This document shows, one piece after another, positions 49,924-62,247 of a stretch of DNA of 64,000 bases. Below the pieces are notes generated by a model. The model was not told the DNA's origin and did not search any database. It worked only from the letters and a program-made list of their open reading frames with translations. The stretch is from Felis catus (Eukaryota): contig NC_058369.1 of the NCBI RefSeq assembly GCF_018350175.1, positions 8,620,001 through 8,684,000 of the forward strand, written 5' to 3'. Made by a program: the position numbers and the translations under genes. Position 1 is the stretch's first letter. Every line of letters begins with the position of its first letter.

Positions 49924-50013
49924 TTTTATATATATGAATTTTATATATTATATATAATATATATAAATTATATATATATAAATTATATATATATATATAA
50001 ATTATATATATAT
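49873..50013. repeat. Compound (TA)n / AT-only microsatellite
   Basis: About 140 bp almost purely A/T. Confidence 0.95.
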
Positions 50014-50064
50014 AAAGCTGCTGGGCATAGGCGGTACCTGGGGCGGAGACTTGGCCATAGGGCA

Positions 50065-51569
50065 ATGACCACCCAGCCCATTCCTATGGCGCCCCCTCCA
50101 GTGCAGCCTTCTGACTTGGTCTCGCACCAAAGGAGCCCCTGGGTGCTCAGCCAGCGCGTGCTGGTCAGCCTCTGGCTGTGATTTGGACTCAAGCAAATGC
50201 CTCCAGGGGGACTTCCGGTCGTGCGGGACGGAGCCAGAAGGGAGGGGCGGGGCCAGGAGGGCGGGCACCTAACTTGCCCCTGTCTCCTCCCCAGGTGTGT
50301 GTTCATCCTCCTCTCCCTCGCCATCAGCGCTCTCAGCAGGTACTACCTGCTTTCCCCGGAGACAGTCAACATCAACTGCACTCTGTAACAGAGTCAGCAG
50401 GCCCAGAGGGACGTTCTCCATTTCACTCTCACCCCCACTCTACACTCCTGCGAGTGTGGGGAACTGGCAGCACAGGGGAGTGGGGTGGACACTGCTGTGG
50501 GTGACCAGGTGAGGAAGGGACCTCTTCAGGAAGGTTCTCAGATTGAGGTTGGCCCAGCTAAGGGGGTTCATTGTCCAGCCCGCTGTCTCTCTCTGCCCCA
50601 GCCCCGGGAAGAGGTTGACCCAGGGCCTTGACCGCTCCACACCAGGCCCCCAGCCGCCCTGTCCACGGCTGTCCCGGGTTCAGTGGGCCCCCTGCTCACC
50701 TCACCCCACAGACTGTGGCTGAGGGCTCTGGTTACCCGCCCTAAGATAGATAGGATCCAGCTGGGTGGGACCCCAGGGTCACATTCACACAATCCTTGGC
50801 ACACTTCTGACCCCTGCTCTCTCCAGACCTGGTGGGGATTCTCCGCGAACCGGGATCAGATGTGCCCGTGTTACCGTGCAGTTTCTCTCTTTGGCTTCTG
50901 CTGCTTCATGTAAAGAGCCCTGGACACACCTCTCCCCTCCTCCTTGCCTGCATGGATTGAACATCTGTGGGCTCCGTTACTATAAGCTCCATGAGGACAG
51001 GGGGAATTTGTTTGTGACGTGTAGTGTCCCCAGCTGTAGGGACAGGACCTGGACATGGTAGGTGCTCAACAGATGTTAGTTACCACAATGGATAGATTAA
51101 TGGATAAATGTGCCTAATGCTCACCCCAATCTTTAGACCACCAGTCCCTTTGTGACAGCCCCCTGTAGCTCACCTTCCACATGCCTGACTAATTACCCTG
51201 CCCCTGCCTTTCGGCATCTTTCCCCAGCCCCAGGGCAGCCTGCCTTACTGAGTTACTTCTGTGCTCAAAGCCCTTTGCTAATTTTGGGTGCCTGGGTTTG
51301 GGGACACAAGGGGACCTTCGCGGTCTTCTGCATTCCCCTCCCCTTCCCTCAACCTCCGATCCTCTAACCCACCTGTCCACAGTTGGTTCCTGAGTACAGT
51401 CGGCTGCCCCTGAACCTCACGAGTGGCCTCACTGAATGGTGTGGCTTTGGGCTATGTAGCTGGCATCATTGTGATGCCATTCTAAAATTTGAGGTGTGTT
51501 GACCTTGGCAATGCTGGTCCTGGGCATCCTCAACATGCTATGGATGTACCACTTCACCCTGTCCAAGGC
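50065..51569 (+). pseudogene. Putative decayed multi-exon membrane-protein gene (family uncertain)
   Basis: Four segments bounded by AG/GT sites that encode hydrophobic helices interrupted by stops and frameshifts; AATAAA at 52067. Confidence 0.45.
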
Positions 51570-52210
51570 GTGAGGCAGGGGAGCCCCTCATGACCCAGAG
51601 CCGACAGTGGGAAGCAATTGAACAGATCTCAAAGATCTTCCCTCAACACTGCCGGAGACTTGGACCCTGGGCCAGAATGGGGGAGGGTTGTGCACAGGAG
51701 GCTGAGGCTTTTCCCACCCCACCATGAGAAGGCTCAGATTGACTCAACAGGAATCTGTTGAGGGCTTGCCTTTATAACAGGCACTGTTCTAAGCACTGAG
51801 GAAGAGCAGTGAACACAAAAAAATTCCTGGCCTTGGAGAGCTGGCATTCTAACTGGGGACACGGACAAAGACCCTTGCTCCATTGAAGCCTTTTCCAACC
51901 ACTGGCAGCTTGAAAAAGATTAAGTACAACGTCAGAACTGTTTAGGACATAATTGTGGCTGCCATCTTGTTAATGTTAATCTATTTTGAACTTGGAACGT
52001 TGACCCCGTGTAATTAGCCCAAAAGTTTAGCCCCATCTTGCTTGTGTGCTTGCTTGCTTGTGCCCCAATAAAGACATTTTAAAAAGAAATATTTTATGGC
52101 TTGAGCTATGTAACGACTACACGAGTATATATGTGAAAATTCATTGAGCTTTCCGTTAAGATCCATACATTTTGGTTTATGTAATAGCTCAGTTTAAACG
52201 TTTTAAAACA

Positions 52211-52640
52211 TGGGGGCACCTGGGTGGCTCGGTGGGTTAAGCATCCAACTTTGGATCAGGTCATGATCTCACAGTTTGTGAGTTCAAGCCCCATATTGGG
52301 CTGTCGGCTGTCAGCACAAAGCCCACTTTATTAAAAAAAACTTTTTTTAAAACATTTATTCATTTTTTGAGAGTGAGAGAGACAGAGCATGAGCGGGGGA
52401 GGGGCAGAGAGAGAGGGAAACACAGAATCCGAAGCAGGCTCCAGGCTCTGAGCGGTCAGCACAGGTCCCTATGCAGGGCTTGAACTCTCCGACTGCGAGA
52501 TCTTGACCTGGGCTGAAGTCGGACGCTCAACCGACTGAGCCACCCAGGCGGCCCAGCACAGAGCCCACTTTAGATCCTCTGTTCCCCCCCGCCCCTCCCC
52601 CATGCTCTCTCATTCCCTCTCTAATGAACATTTAAAAAAT
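52211..52640 (+). mobile_element. Can-SINE split by an oppositely oriented nested Can-SINE (52331-52553)
   Basis: 19-bp target-site duplication with one mismatch. Confidence 0.85.
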
Positions 52641-52659
52641 ATATAAAATAATAAAAATT

Positions 52660-53000
52660 AAGTAAATTCTGATACATGATACAATATGGATGAACCTTGA
52701 GGATATTGTGCTAAATGAAAGGAACCAGTCACAAAAGGACAAATACTATATTATTCCATTTATAGGGGGTCCCTAGAACAGGCAAATTAGAGAGACAGAA
52801 AGTAGAATGGTGTTTGCCAGGAGCTGAAGGGACTAGAGAATGGGCAGTTAGCGTTAAATGGCTACAGTTTCCATTTTGGAAGACTGAAAAAAGTTCTGGT
52901 GCTGGATGGTGGTGACGATTGCATAACAATGTGAATGTACTTAATAACACAGAAGTGTACACTTAAAAATGGTAAATTTTATGTTGTACATATTTAAAAT
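52660..53000 (+). mobile_element. L1M 3'-end fragment
   Basis: atggatgaaccttgagga...gtgtacacttaaaaatggtaaattttatg. Confidence 0.75.
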
Positions 53001-53031
53001 TTTTTTAAAAGTCTACTTAAAAAAAGACAAA

Positions 53032-53245
53032 TGGGGCGCCTGGATGGCTCAGTCGGTTGGGCCTCCGACTTCGGCTCAGGTCATGATCTCACGGTCCGTG
53101 GGTTCGAGTCCCGCTTCGGGCTCTGTGCTGACAGCTCAGAGCCTGGAGCCTGCTTCGGATTCTGTGTCTCCCTTTCTCTCTGCTCCTCCCCCGCTCAAGC
53201 TCTGTCTCTGTCTCTCTCAAAAATAGATAAACATTAAAAAATAAT
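53032..53245 (+). mobile_element. Can-SINE
   Basis: Head, (CT)n, tail. Confidence 0.9.
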
Positions 53246-53469
53246 AATAAAAAAGAAAAAGAAGTGATACGAGATGAGGTCAGATTGGAGTAGGGCGCTC
53301 CCAGGCCCCCCTGGAAAGCCCCAGTTGAAGGCTATTAACCGAAGAGGATTAGCACATAAAACGGGGGGGGGGGGGGCTGGCAGTAACAGAGGCTCCAGGC
53401 AAGGGCAGTTATCCACCCCTCAAAAGCCATATCTGCAGTCCCTTGGCCTCCATAAGGCAAGGCCCTGCC

Positions 53470-53770
53470 ATGCGGGGACAGGATACGCGCGCGCGCCACC
53501 CTCAGGCCGCCTGAAAGCCTGGGCAGCCGCGGCATCCAGACTCCTGTGATTGGCCAGGCTGAGAGGAGCGCCAGCCAATCAACTGCCGGTACAGGGGGCT
53601 TGTGCACGCCCCCTCCCCAGCACGTTGACAGCCACGTGGGCACTGCTGGGAGAGCACCGGAGCCCAGCTCTGCGCAGGCGCAGTTTGCTCTGCTCAGCTC
53701 GGACGTGGGCGAGGGCGTGCGTGAGTGGCGGTCGTGTCGGCGACCTGGCCGCCGTCTTCGGGGCTCCCAG
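53470..53770 (+). promoter_or_regulatory. Orphan promoter-like CpG island
   Basis: ATTGG 53549, CCAAT 53575, CACGTG 53633, NRF1 TGCGCAGGCGCA 53671-53682, donor GTGAGT 53721. Confidence 0.55.
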
Positions 53771-54932
53771 TGTCCCTTCTCCTCTTGAAGCCCTTATGGC
53801 TCTTATTTTCTTGTGGATCCTTACAGAAGGAGTGGATTCAAGCACAGGCGTTTTGCATAGTTGTGTCTTTTGTGTTGTTGTGTTTGTTTTTACTAACGCA
53901 GCGGAACAGTATGTGTGGAGCCCCGACACAGACCCTTTTACGCGCGGTCCACACGACAACCCTGGGAAAGATAGAAGCTTCACAGTGTCGGATCCTGGCA
54001 GACAGCACCTTAACCAAGGGATGCAAGTTAAAGTCACCAGCAGTGAGTCACGGTGACATCATAAGCCCCCGATATGCGAAGGGAACATCACCTCTCTGGT
54101 ATCCTTCCCAGTAATGTGAAAACCTCAATCCAATCAAGATAAACCAAGTGGAGAGAGTCTACACAGTTGCCAACCGGTTCTCTTGAGGAGTGCCAAGGGC
54201 ATGAACGACAAGGGGCTGTCACTGACTGGAGGAGTCTAAGGAGACATGACAATTAAGTGCCATGAGAGATCTTGGATTGGGTCCTGGAACAGAAAAAGGA
54301 GGAGTAGAAAACCTGGAGAAATCCAAATCAAGGCTGTAGTTTATTAATAGTATTGTACCAAGGTTAAGTTCTTAGTTTTAATAAGTGTACTTGGTTACAT
54401 AAGATGTTAACAGTAGGGGCAGCAAGGTGAAGGGTAAATGGGAACACTCTATGCTATTTTTGAACTTTTCTGTAAGTCTAAAATTATCTAAAAGTTAAAA
54501 GTTAAGAAAGAAATCTAGGAAGCAGGTACTATCAATATGCCCATTTCCCAGAGGAGGAAACGGAATCACAGAGAAGTTAAGATATCTCGCCAAGGTCGCA
54601 CAGTCAGGAAGCAACAGGGCATGTTCCAAACCCATGGAATATGGATCCAGAACCCCCTTCTCTCTATTCTTCTTCTTCTTTTTTTTTTTAAGTGGGCTCC
54701 ACACCCAGCGTGGTTCCCAGACATGAGGCTTGAACTCACAATCCTGAGATCAAGACCTGAGCTGAGACTGAGACCTGAACTGAGATCAAGAGTGGAACGC
54801 TTAAAGACTGAGCCACCCAGGTGCCCCCAGGGTAACTTGTTGTCAAGAAGATACTGCAATAAATGTTCTTTTCACACCTCCACTTACACTTCTTAGGTAT
54901 ATACTAAAAATGATTTTCTGGATCAGAAGATG

Positions 54933-55465
54933 TGTTAAATAGGATTCTCCAGAGAAACGGAACCAGTTAGAATAGAGAGAAACAAAGAGAACGAGAGAGA
55001 GAGAGAGAGAGAGAGAGGAGGGGGTGTTATTACAAGGAAATGACTCACATGATTATGGAGGCTAATAAGTCCAATATCGCAGTTGGCAAGCCGGAGACCC
55101 AGAAGAGCAGACGATGTAGTTCTAGTCCAAGTCCGAAGCTCTGAGAACCCAGAGGGCCAATGAATGTAAGTTCCGGTGTGAGAGCTGGCAAATTTGAGAT
55201 CCAAGAAGTTCCAGTCTGGAGGGAGAAAAAAAGACGGATGTCAGACATTAGGCGTTTTCTTCTTACCGGACAGAAGGTCAGTCTTTTTGTTCTGTTCCGG
55301 CTTCTGCCTGGTTGAATGAGGCCCCTCCATATTGGGGAGGGCAGTCTGTTTTCCCGTTTATAATTCAAATATGAATCCCACCCGAACACACCCTCACAGA
55401 CACACCCAGAAGAACATTTGACCAACCATCTGGGTACCCCATGGCTCAGTCGACTTGACCAGAAA
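54933..55465 (-). mobile_element. ERV-L LTR (MLT2-like)
   Basis: ttctccagagaaacggaacc...(GA)n...gattatggaggct...ccctcacagacacacccag. Confidence 0.75.
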
Positions 55466-56184
55466 AGGAAAGGACACTTGTCATTTTGAAACCTCTCAAC
55501 AAACTGCCCACATCCACCCACAACGTTCTTGCGGCCTCCCCGGCCCTTGGTGTTGTCGGGTGTTCTGAATTTTGCCCATCTGGTAGTCACCGGTCCCCTT
55601 TTGAAAAAAGTCTCCATTGTTCAACCAGATGTTTTTCCTACAAAACATCTTGCAGAGCTCATGCCTGGACCAGGGAGTGGGCAAGTGGAGAATGGCCTAC
55701 GTAACTCCCGCCATGGCCCGAGGCCCAACCCCCTAACCACCCCCAAGCTGGTCTTCTGGGGAAAGTTAGGATGGAAACACAAAGAAGATCCCCAGCTCAA
55801 CTATCCTTAGTCCAGGAACTTCCTGGAAATTATGCCCTTCCTTTGTGCATGCTTAAACACCAACATTGCAGACAAATGTCTGAGTCCTGGCTCATCAACT
55901 TTAATTCCTTTTACCCAGAGAGCCTTTTTTGAGTGCCTGCTGTATGCAGGCAATGTACGGGCACTGGAGACAGAGCGGTGAACAAAGCAAGCAAAGCCCT
56001 GCCCGTGGAGTTTTTATGCTCACAGGATGAGATACAAGTTGAGAAAACAGGAGATGATAAGAAAAAGATAGCGAGGAAAGGGGATAGCGTGGTAGGCCTT
56101 TAATTTTTTCATTAAAATATAATTGACATACAGTGTTATATTAGCATCAGGTGTAAGTGGGGGCTTTTAAAATGACTTTGCAAA

Positions 56185-56378
56185 AAGTTTATTTATTTTG
56201 AGAGAGAGAGTGCAAGCAGGGGAGGGGCAGAGAGAGAGGGGGGGAGGGAGAATCCCAAGCAGGCTCCCACTGTCAGTGCAGAGCCCAATGCGGGGCTTGA
56301 TCCCACGAACCGTGAGATCATAATCTGAGCCAAAATCAAGAGTCAGACGCTTAACTGACTGAGCCACTGAGGCACCCC
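56185..56378 (-). mobile_element. Can-SINE
   Basis: Reverse head; flanking repeat taaaatgacttt. Confidence 0.85.
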
Positions 56379-56644
56379 TAAAAATGACTTTTTAAAGTGA
56401 AAATTTTTATGGAGGCAGACACAGCAACTGTCAGGTGCAAACACATGTGAACAATTCCCTCGTGCTCACCCTCTCAAAGTCAGTCTGGGTGATGCTGTTA
56501 TTTTAGAGCAGGTGGTCAGGGAGGGCCTCTCCAAAGTGGTGACATTTGAGCAGAAGAAGTGAAGGCATCACCATGCAGGCATCTTTTGGAAATGTGACTG
56601 CTGGAAGGGACCGCTGGTGCAAGGGTCCTGAGGTGGGAGTGTGT

Positions 56645-56840
56645 TTGGGTGCTCAACAAATACTGGTTGAGTCTGACTCTTGATTTCGGTTGGGGTCATG
56701 ATCTCACAGTTCGTGGGTTTGAGCCCCGAGTCGGGCTCTGTGCTGGCAGCACGGAGCCTGCTTGGGATTCTTTGTCTCTCTCCCTCTCCTCCCCCTCCGC
56801 CCCCCCCCCCATGCTCTCTTTCTCTCTCAAATAAATAAGA
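56645..56840 (+). mobile_element. Can-SINE, 5' degenerate
   Basis: Body, (CT)n, aataaa. Confidence 0.75.
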
Positions 56841-57945
56841 AATACATGTGGAAGGATCTAGGAGCAGCGGGAGCAGCGTAATCCTAGGAGAGTGGCTTGG
56901 TCTCTCTGAACCTTGAGTTTCCTTATCTATAAAATGGGTCTACACATTTCCACGCCAGGAGGGTGGCAGTGAGGACTAAATGGGATTGTGTTTGGCACAG
57001 TGCCTAGCATGGAGTGAGCCCTCCAGAAACAGAAGACATTATGAACAACAGCTTCTGCCTGTTTTCAGGAAGGGGAAGCTAGATACGAGGGGGCTGGCAT
57101 AGTGGGGGCTGCCCAGATAGGCGGGTGCAAGGGGAAGGGGGCAGCGGCTCTCTCCCGGAGACACACGAGTACAGAGTTGTGTGTTCTGATTTTTAGATGG
57201 CCGTGAGAGTCAGGACGGTTCTAGGGGACTCCCTGGATTAAGGAAAGGCAGAGTTTTTCTTTCATAACCGTCGCGAGCCCTTTGGGGCGACTCCGTTTCT
57301 GACAAGATCCCACCCTTCATTTAGATGGGAAACTGAGGCACAGAGGGGCTGGGACCTGAGAACTCCAGACAGGAGTTGAGAAGGGGTCTACACACTGGAC
57401 AGCCAGTGATGGGGGAGTCCACTGGGGCGGGGGCCTCCGGACGGGATCAGCCCCCTCCCTCCACCTCAACCCCATCAAGCAGATAAGAGACTCAGGGAAG
57501 GACAGAAACGACAGAGACACGGAGTGAGAGAAACAGTGACCTAGAAAGGTGAAACAGAGACCCAGAGATGGAGAGACAGGGGAACAGACAGAGAGAGACA
57601 GTGAGGCTGGCAGATTCGGAGACAAAGACATAAAAAGACTGGGCGAGGTAGAGACGGACCTAGAGACAGAGAAAGAGACACCAACACGGACTAGAATCGG
57701 AGGGACAGGGCAGAGCCAGAGAGGGTCGGCCCCTAGGGAGACCCCGGGCTGCCCCGTCTGGGGACGCGCCAAGAGCTCCCCCACTCCGCCCCCGTCGTGC
57801 CTGGGCAGTGACTTCAGAGGCCCCGCGGATTCTATAAATGGCCAAACGGCCGAGGGCCGGGGCGGGGCGGAGCCGAGTGAGTCAGCGCTTCGCGTCACCG
57901 CCGGCCGGATCCCGCCGGGCCCCGCTCCCGCCCTCGCCCCTCCCG

Positions 57946-57961
57946 GGCCGCCAGGGGGCGC
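57946..57961 (+). promoter_or_regulatory. CTCF motif in CpG island upstream of CNN1
   Basis: GGCCGCCAGGGGGCGC, near-perfect CTCF core. Confidence 0.75.
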
Positions 57962-58620
57962 CAGCCGCCTGCTCCGCCGAGGCGCGCGTTCCCCGCCGTG
58001 CGCCGCAGAGACCCGGGGCCCGCCCCGGGCCGCTCAGCGTGGGCAGGATCCCGGAATCTGCGCGTTCGAATCCTGGCTGCGTCGCCCTCGTGCTGTGTAA
58101 GGCCAGGCGGGCGGCGTCACCTCTCTGTGCCGCGTACAGACCCCACGTCGGAAGGCTGTTGTGAGGCTTGAGTGAACAGACCCAGTGCATTTAGGATTAT
58201 ACCAGGAGCTAATTGTGGGCTCGTTTTATGTATTTTAGCCTATTGGTTTAGACCAGCGGTTCTCAAACAGGAAAGATCTGCCTTCCCTCTCCCGTCTCCC
58301 TGCTGGGACATTTGGCAACGTCCGGAGACGTTGCTGTTTGTCAAGACTAAGGGAGTGCTACTGGCATCTGGTAGGTAGAGGCCGGAGATGCCGCCTCAAT
58401 TACGGTAAGGCCCAGGAGAGACTCTGGCCGGGAAGAATTATCCAGCCCTGTTGTCCACAGTGCCGGGGTTGAGGAACCTTGACTTAGCGCGATGGCATTA
58501 GGGGCAGGGGCCTGGGGTCAAATTCTGCTCCGCCACTGACACTGGGTGACACTCGGAAAGGGATTCCACACCCCATGCCTCAGTTTCCCCATCTGTAAAG
58601 TGTGTATAATAACAGCATCT

Positions 58621-59045
58621 GGGGGCGACTGGGTGGCTCAGTCGGTTGAGTGTCTGACTCTGGATTTTGGCTCAGGTCATGATCTGACTGTTGAAGAGAT
58701 AAAGCCCCGCATGGGGTTCTGCACTGACGGCGGGGACCTACTTGGAATTCTCTCTCCTTCGCTCTCTGCCTCTCCTCCACTCGTGCACGGGCGAGCGCTC
58801 TTCCTCTCTCTCTCTCTCAAAATAAATAAGGGCGCCTGGGTGGCTCAGTCAGTTAGCGCCCGACTTTGGCTCAGGTCATGATCTCACGGTTTGTGAGTTC
58901 AAGCCCCATGTCTGGCTCTGTGCTGACAGCTCAGAGCCTGGAGCCTGCTTCGGATTCTGTCTCCCTGTCTCTCTGCCCCTCCCCTGCTCGCGCCCTGTCT
59001 ATCTCTCTCTCAAAAATAAATAAACATTAAAAAAAATTTTTTTAA
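58621..59045 (+). mobile_element. Two tandem Can-SINEs
   Basis: Second head inserted in the tail of the first. Confidence 0.88.
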
Positions 59046-59899
59046 ATAAAATAAATAAATTCACTTAAAAAAAGTAACAGCATCCCTTTCTAAGGGCGTT
59101 GTGAGGCACGAGTTGGTACATGTATAGTCCTTGTAACAGGGCCCGACATAAGAGCCACTGTCATATCAGCATATCACAGCCGTGCCCTTAGCATGTGGCC
59201 AGCAAATTGCACGTCCCATCAGTATATGGCAGATATTGCTGACATCATCCAAGTGTCACTAACGTGGCCTTGCCATAAGTGGCATGATGTGGTCAATGTC
59301 ATCCTCCTCTGTGGTCCCCGGGGGTGAGATCTGGCCAGATGGGGCTGTTTACGTGGGATCCTTCCAGGCCGGCCTGGCTGGGACAAGGAAACCTGCTAAC
59401 ACAGATGCCCCACGGCCAAGGCAACCCGCAGGTAGATGGGGAGGGTAAAATCCAAGATCTCTGCTCCCCCAGATCCTTCCGAGGGACCGGAGGGGACGGA
59501 AGTGGGGTGCCAGACGCTCAGGGGAAAAACTGGCCTTATCCCGAGTCCTTTCCTGTGCCAGGCGCTCCACACCGGGCATGGACTGTCCATTGGTCCATTT
59601 CACAGATGTGGCAACAGAGGCTCAGCTACAGACCGTTGGCGTCTGGAGCTAAACCCAGGGTGGTGCTCACTAAGCTGCCGTGGGCTGCGGTCTTGCCTCA
59701 AGACCGGAGACAGACAAGGAGAGGTGACTTCAGTGACAGACACGGAGAGCCTAGGTGACCCTGCCAGAGGTCCAAAGAACAGTGGAGGGTAGGGAAGGAT
59801 GGGGAAAGCTTGATCTCTTATGACCAAGCCCCCCCCCCCCAATAATCACCCAGGCCGCCCCCCTAGGTGGAAACAATGACACAATCGGCTCCCAATACC

Positions 59900-60112
59900 A
59901 AGGCCCTGACATCACGTGGGGGGGAGAGGGGGGTGGCCGAGGTGGGGGGTGCCCCGCCCCTTGGCAGGCCCCTGCGGCCAATGGGACGGCCTTGGAAGAG
60001 GCCCGGGCCGCCTCCGGAGCTTCAAAAACGTGTGAGGAGGGACGAAGGGGCTGCAGACGGAGCCTTAAGCTGCTGCCTCAGTCCTCAGTGCCTCTGCCCA
60101 CCACCAGCCAGC
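59900..60112 (+). promoter_or_regulatory. CNN1: CNN1 proximal promoter and 5' UTR (GC box, CCAAT 59978-59982, no TATA seen)
   Basis: Motifs directly upstream of the CNN1 ATG. Confidence 0.65.
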
Positions 60113-60175
60113 ATGTCTTCTGCTCACTTCAACAGGGGCCCCGCCTATGGGTTGTCGGCTGAGGTCAAGAACAAG
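60113..60175 (+). CDS. CNN1: Calponin-1 exon 1 (MSSAHFNRGPAYGLSAEVKNK)
   Basis: Diagnostic calponin-1 N-terminus; AAG|gtagg donor. Confidence 0.96.
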
Positions 60176-61107
60176 GTAGGCCCCCCCCCCCGCCGGCCCA
60201 TACACCCCGGCAGGCCAACGGCCCCATGGGGTTCTGGTCTATCCCATGTGATTTGGGACCAGAGGGGACAAAAGGACAAACATGGGGTACGGCCCGCCTT
60301 CCTCCCCATCCTGAGCATCCCAGAGCCCTCAGCGACTGTTGGGGTGGGGCGTGCAAAATGGGGGGCATGCAGGCAACCATATAGGTAAACTGAGGAGGTC
60401 AGTCCCTGGTGAAGACCCCGCTTGATCAGAGCCTCCTGTTAACCTGTCCCCTGTTCCTTTTATGTTGGGGGGCGGGGGGCTGGGAAAGGACTTGATCTTC
60501 CTTGCACCCACCATCTCAAAAAGCAACTGGGGAGTGGTTGACAGCTGGGATGGTGGGGAAGGGAGGCCCAGAAAGTGTGGGAGATCCTGAAGGGGGGGGG
60601 GCGGAGACAGCTGGGGAGGTCAGAGAGGGAGCATTAGGGACACGATTTGTCCTCGTTTTGGGCTGGGAGAACATGCACACACCACCTTCATGCTATGGAT
60701 GGGCAAACTGAGGTTCAGAGAGGAGGGGTAAGTAGCTAGGGTTCTAAATAAGGGAGCTGCAGAGCTAGGATCCTGGCCTCCCCCCCACCCCACACACCCA
60801 CCCGAATGGGGGTTCAGCTTCTGCAGGGCAGTGAACTTGAAGTCCCCAACTCACTGGAATGCTCCCGTAAGCGTTGCCACGGGAGGAGTCCCAGCCCCAT
60901 TTGACAGAGGGGAACACTGAGGCTCGGGGTGGCTTGTCCCAGTGTACGGCGAGGACGCGGAGAGCTGGAATCGGATCCAGGGTCGGGGGATCCTGGCTGC
61001 TGGAGGAGGGGGCTGGTGGGGGGGGCGGGTGCGCGGGCCGGGAGCGATCCCAGCGCCGCCCCCCTCCCCCCCCAGCGCCGGCCCCAGAGCCGCGAGAAGC
61101 CGCCGCG

Positions 61108-61179
61108 CCTTATAAGGCGGCCTCGGGGAGCCCGGCCCGCGGGGCCGCGCTATATAAGGGCCGGTTTGCTTTATAAAGC
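61108..61179. promoter_or_regulatory. Intronic CArG (SRF) cluster of CNN1
   Basis: CCTTATAAGG 61108-61117 (perfect), CTATATAAGG 61150-61159, GCTTTATAAAGC 61168-61179 in a CpG-rich patch. Confidence 0.85.
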
Positions 61180-62247
61180 CGGGCTGGTGGGGAGGGGGGC
61201 GGCAGGGCCGGGGCCAGGTGAGGGGCCGCCCCCTCCCACCTCCTCCTCCCCCAGGAGAAGGGCCAGCTCCGTCCCCCAGAGTCCGGGAGCCTGTCGGGGC
61301 TGGGGCTGAGGGTTCTGGAGAAACGGAGGGGGGCAACGTGGGGAGGGGGGCAGAGGGCGAGGGACGGAGAGGGACGGAGATTCTGGGAGCCCAGAGACTT
61401 GAGAGGGACGGATGGGGAGGGTGAGCCACGAGCGAGATAAGACCGAGACAGGGATGGGGAGGCCGAGAGAGGAGCCGGACGAGCCCCACCCCCACCAGAG
61501 GCAGGGAACCTGGAGTCGGAGACCAGCCGCGAGGCAGAGATGGCCCCACCAGGAGCCCCACCCCCAGCCAGACGCGGAGGGATGGGGACAGGAAGACAGG
61601 GCCAAGGAAAGACGGACAGGGCTGGAGAGAGAGAGAGAGAGAGAGAGGTCACGGGGATGGGGAGAGGGAGAAATACGGCCACACGCACGGGGCCAGGAGT
61701 AAGACAGAGACAAGCTCCCGGCCACTCCACCAGGAGCTGGAGCCCAGGAGATGAGGGCCTGAAGAGACACTGAGGCAGGCATGCAAGACAGGACAGTCCC
61801 CTGCAAGGCGTACCTTGCAGTACTCAGGGCACCTCCTTAGGGCTCCTCCTCCCCTGCCTTGGGGCCCCAGGCTTCCAGCAGGGGGGGACGGGCAGGGCCC
61901 CCGGGAAGCTAAGCCCCAAGTTTGGCCTGGAGGGGGAACCAAGAGGCCAGGCACCGCCCCGCCCCCAGCTCTGAGTACCCCCCGCTCTCCACCCCCGGCC
62001 TTGTCCGCATTCTCTGGTGCCAAACCTCAGAATGTCCGGAATGGCCCCCTGGGCAGGTGCCACCTCAGCCCTGGCCCTCAGCCCACTTCAACCCCCACCC
62101 CTACTCCCCCATGGACGCTGGGGCAGAATTGCCTTAGTTGGGAAGGGGCTGAAGAAGATCAGGCCCAGGGAATATCAGATGGGGTCCGAGGACTGAGTCT
62201 GCTCCACGCTGCGTCCTCACCACTTTCTCTGCGCCCCCCACCCCCAG

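Noticed and set aside
49771..50065. YIYIYI-rich ORFs
   Set aside because: Translation of the (TA)n microsatellite
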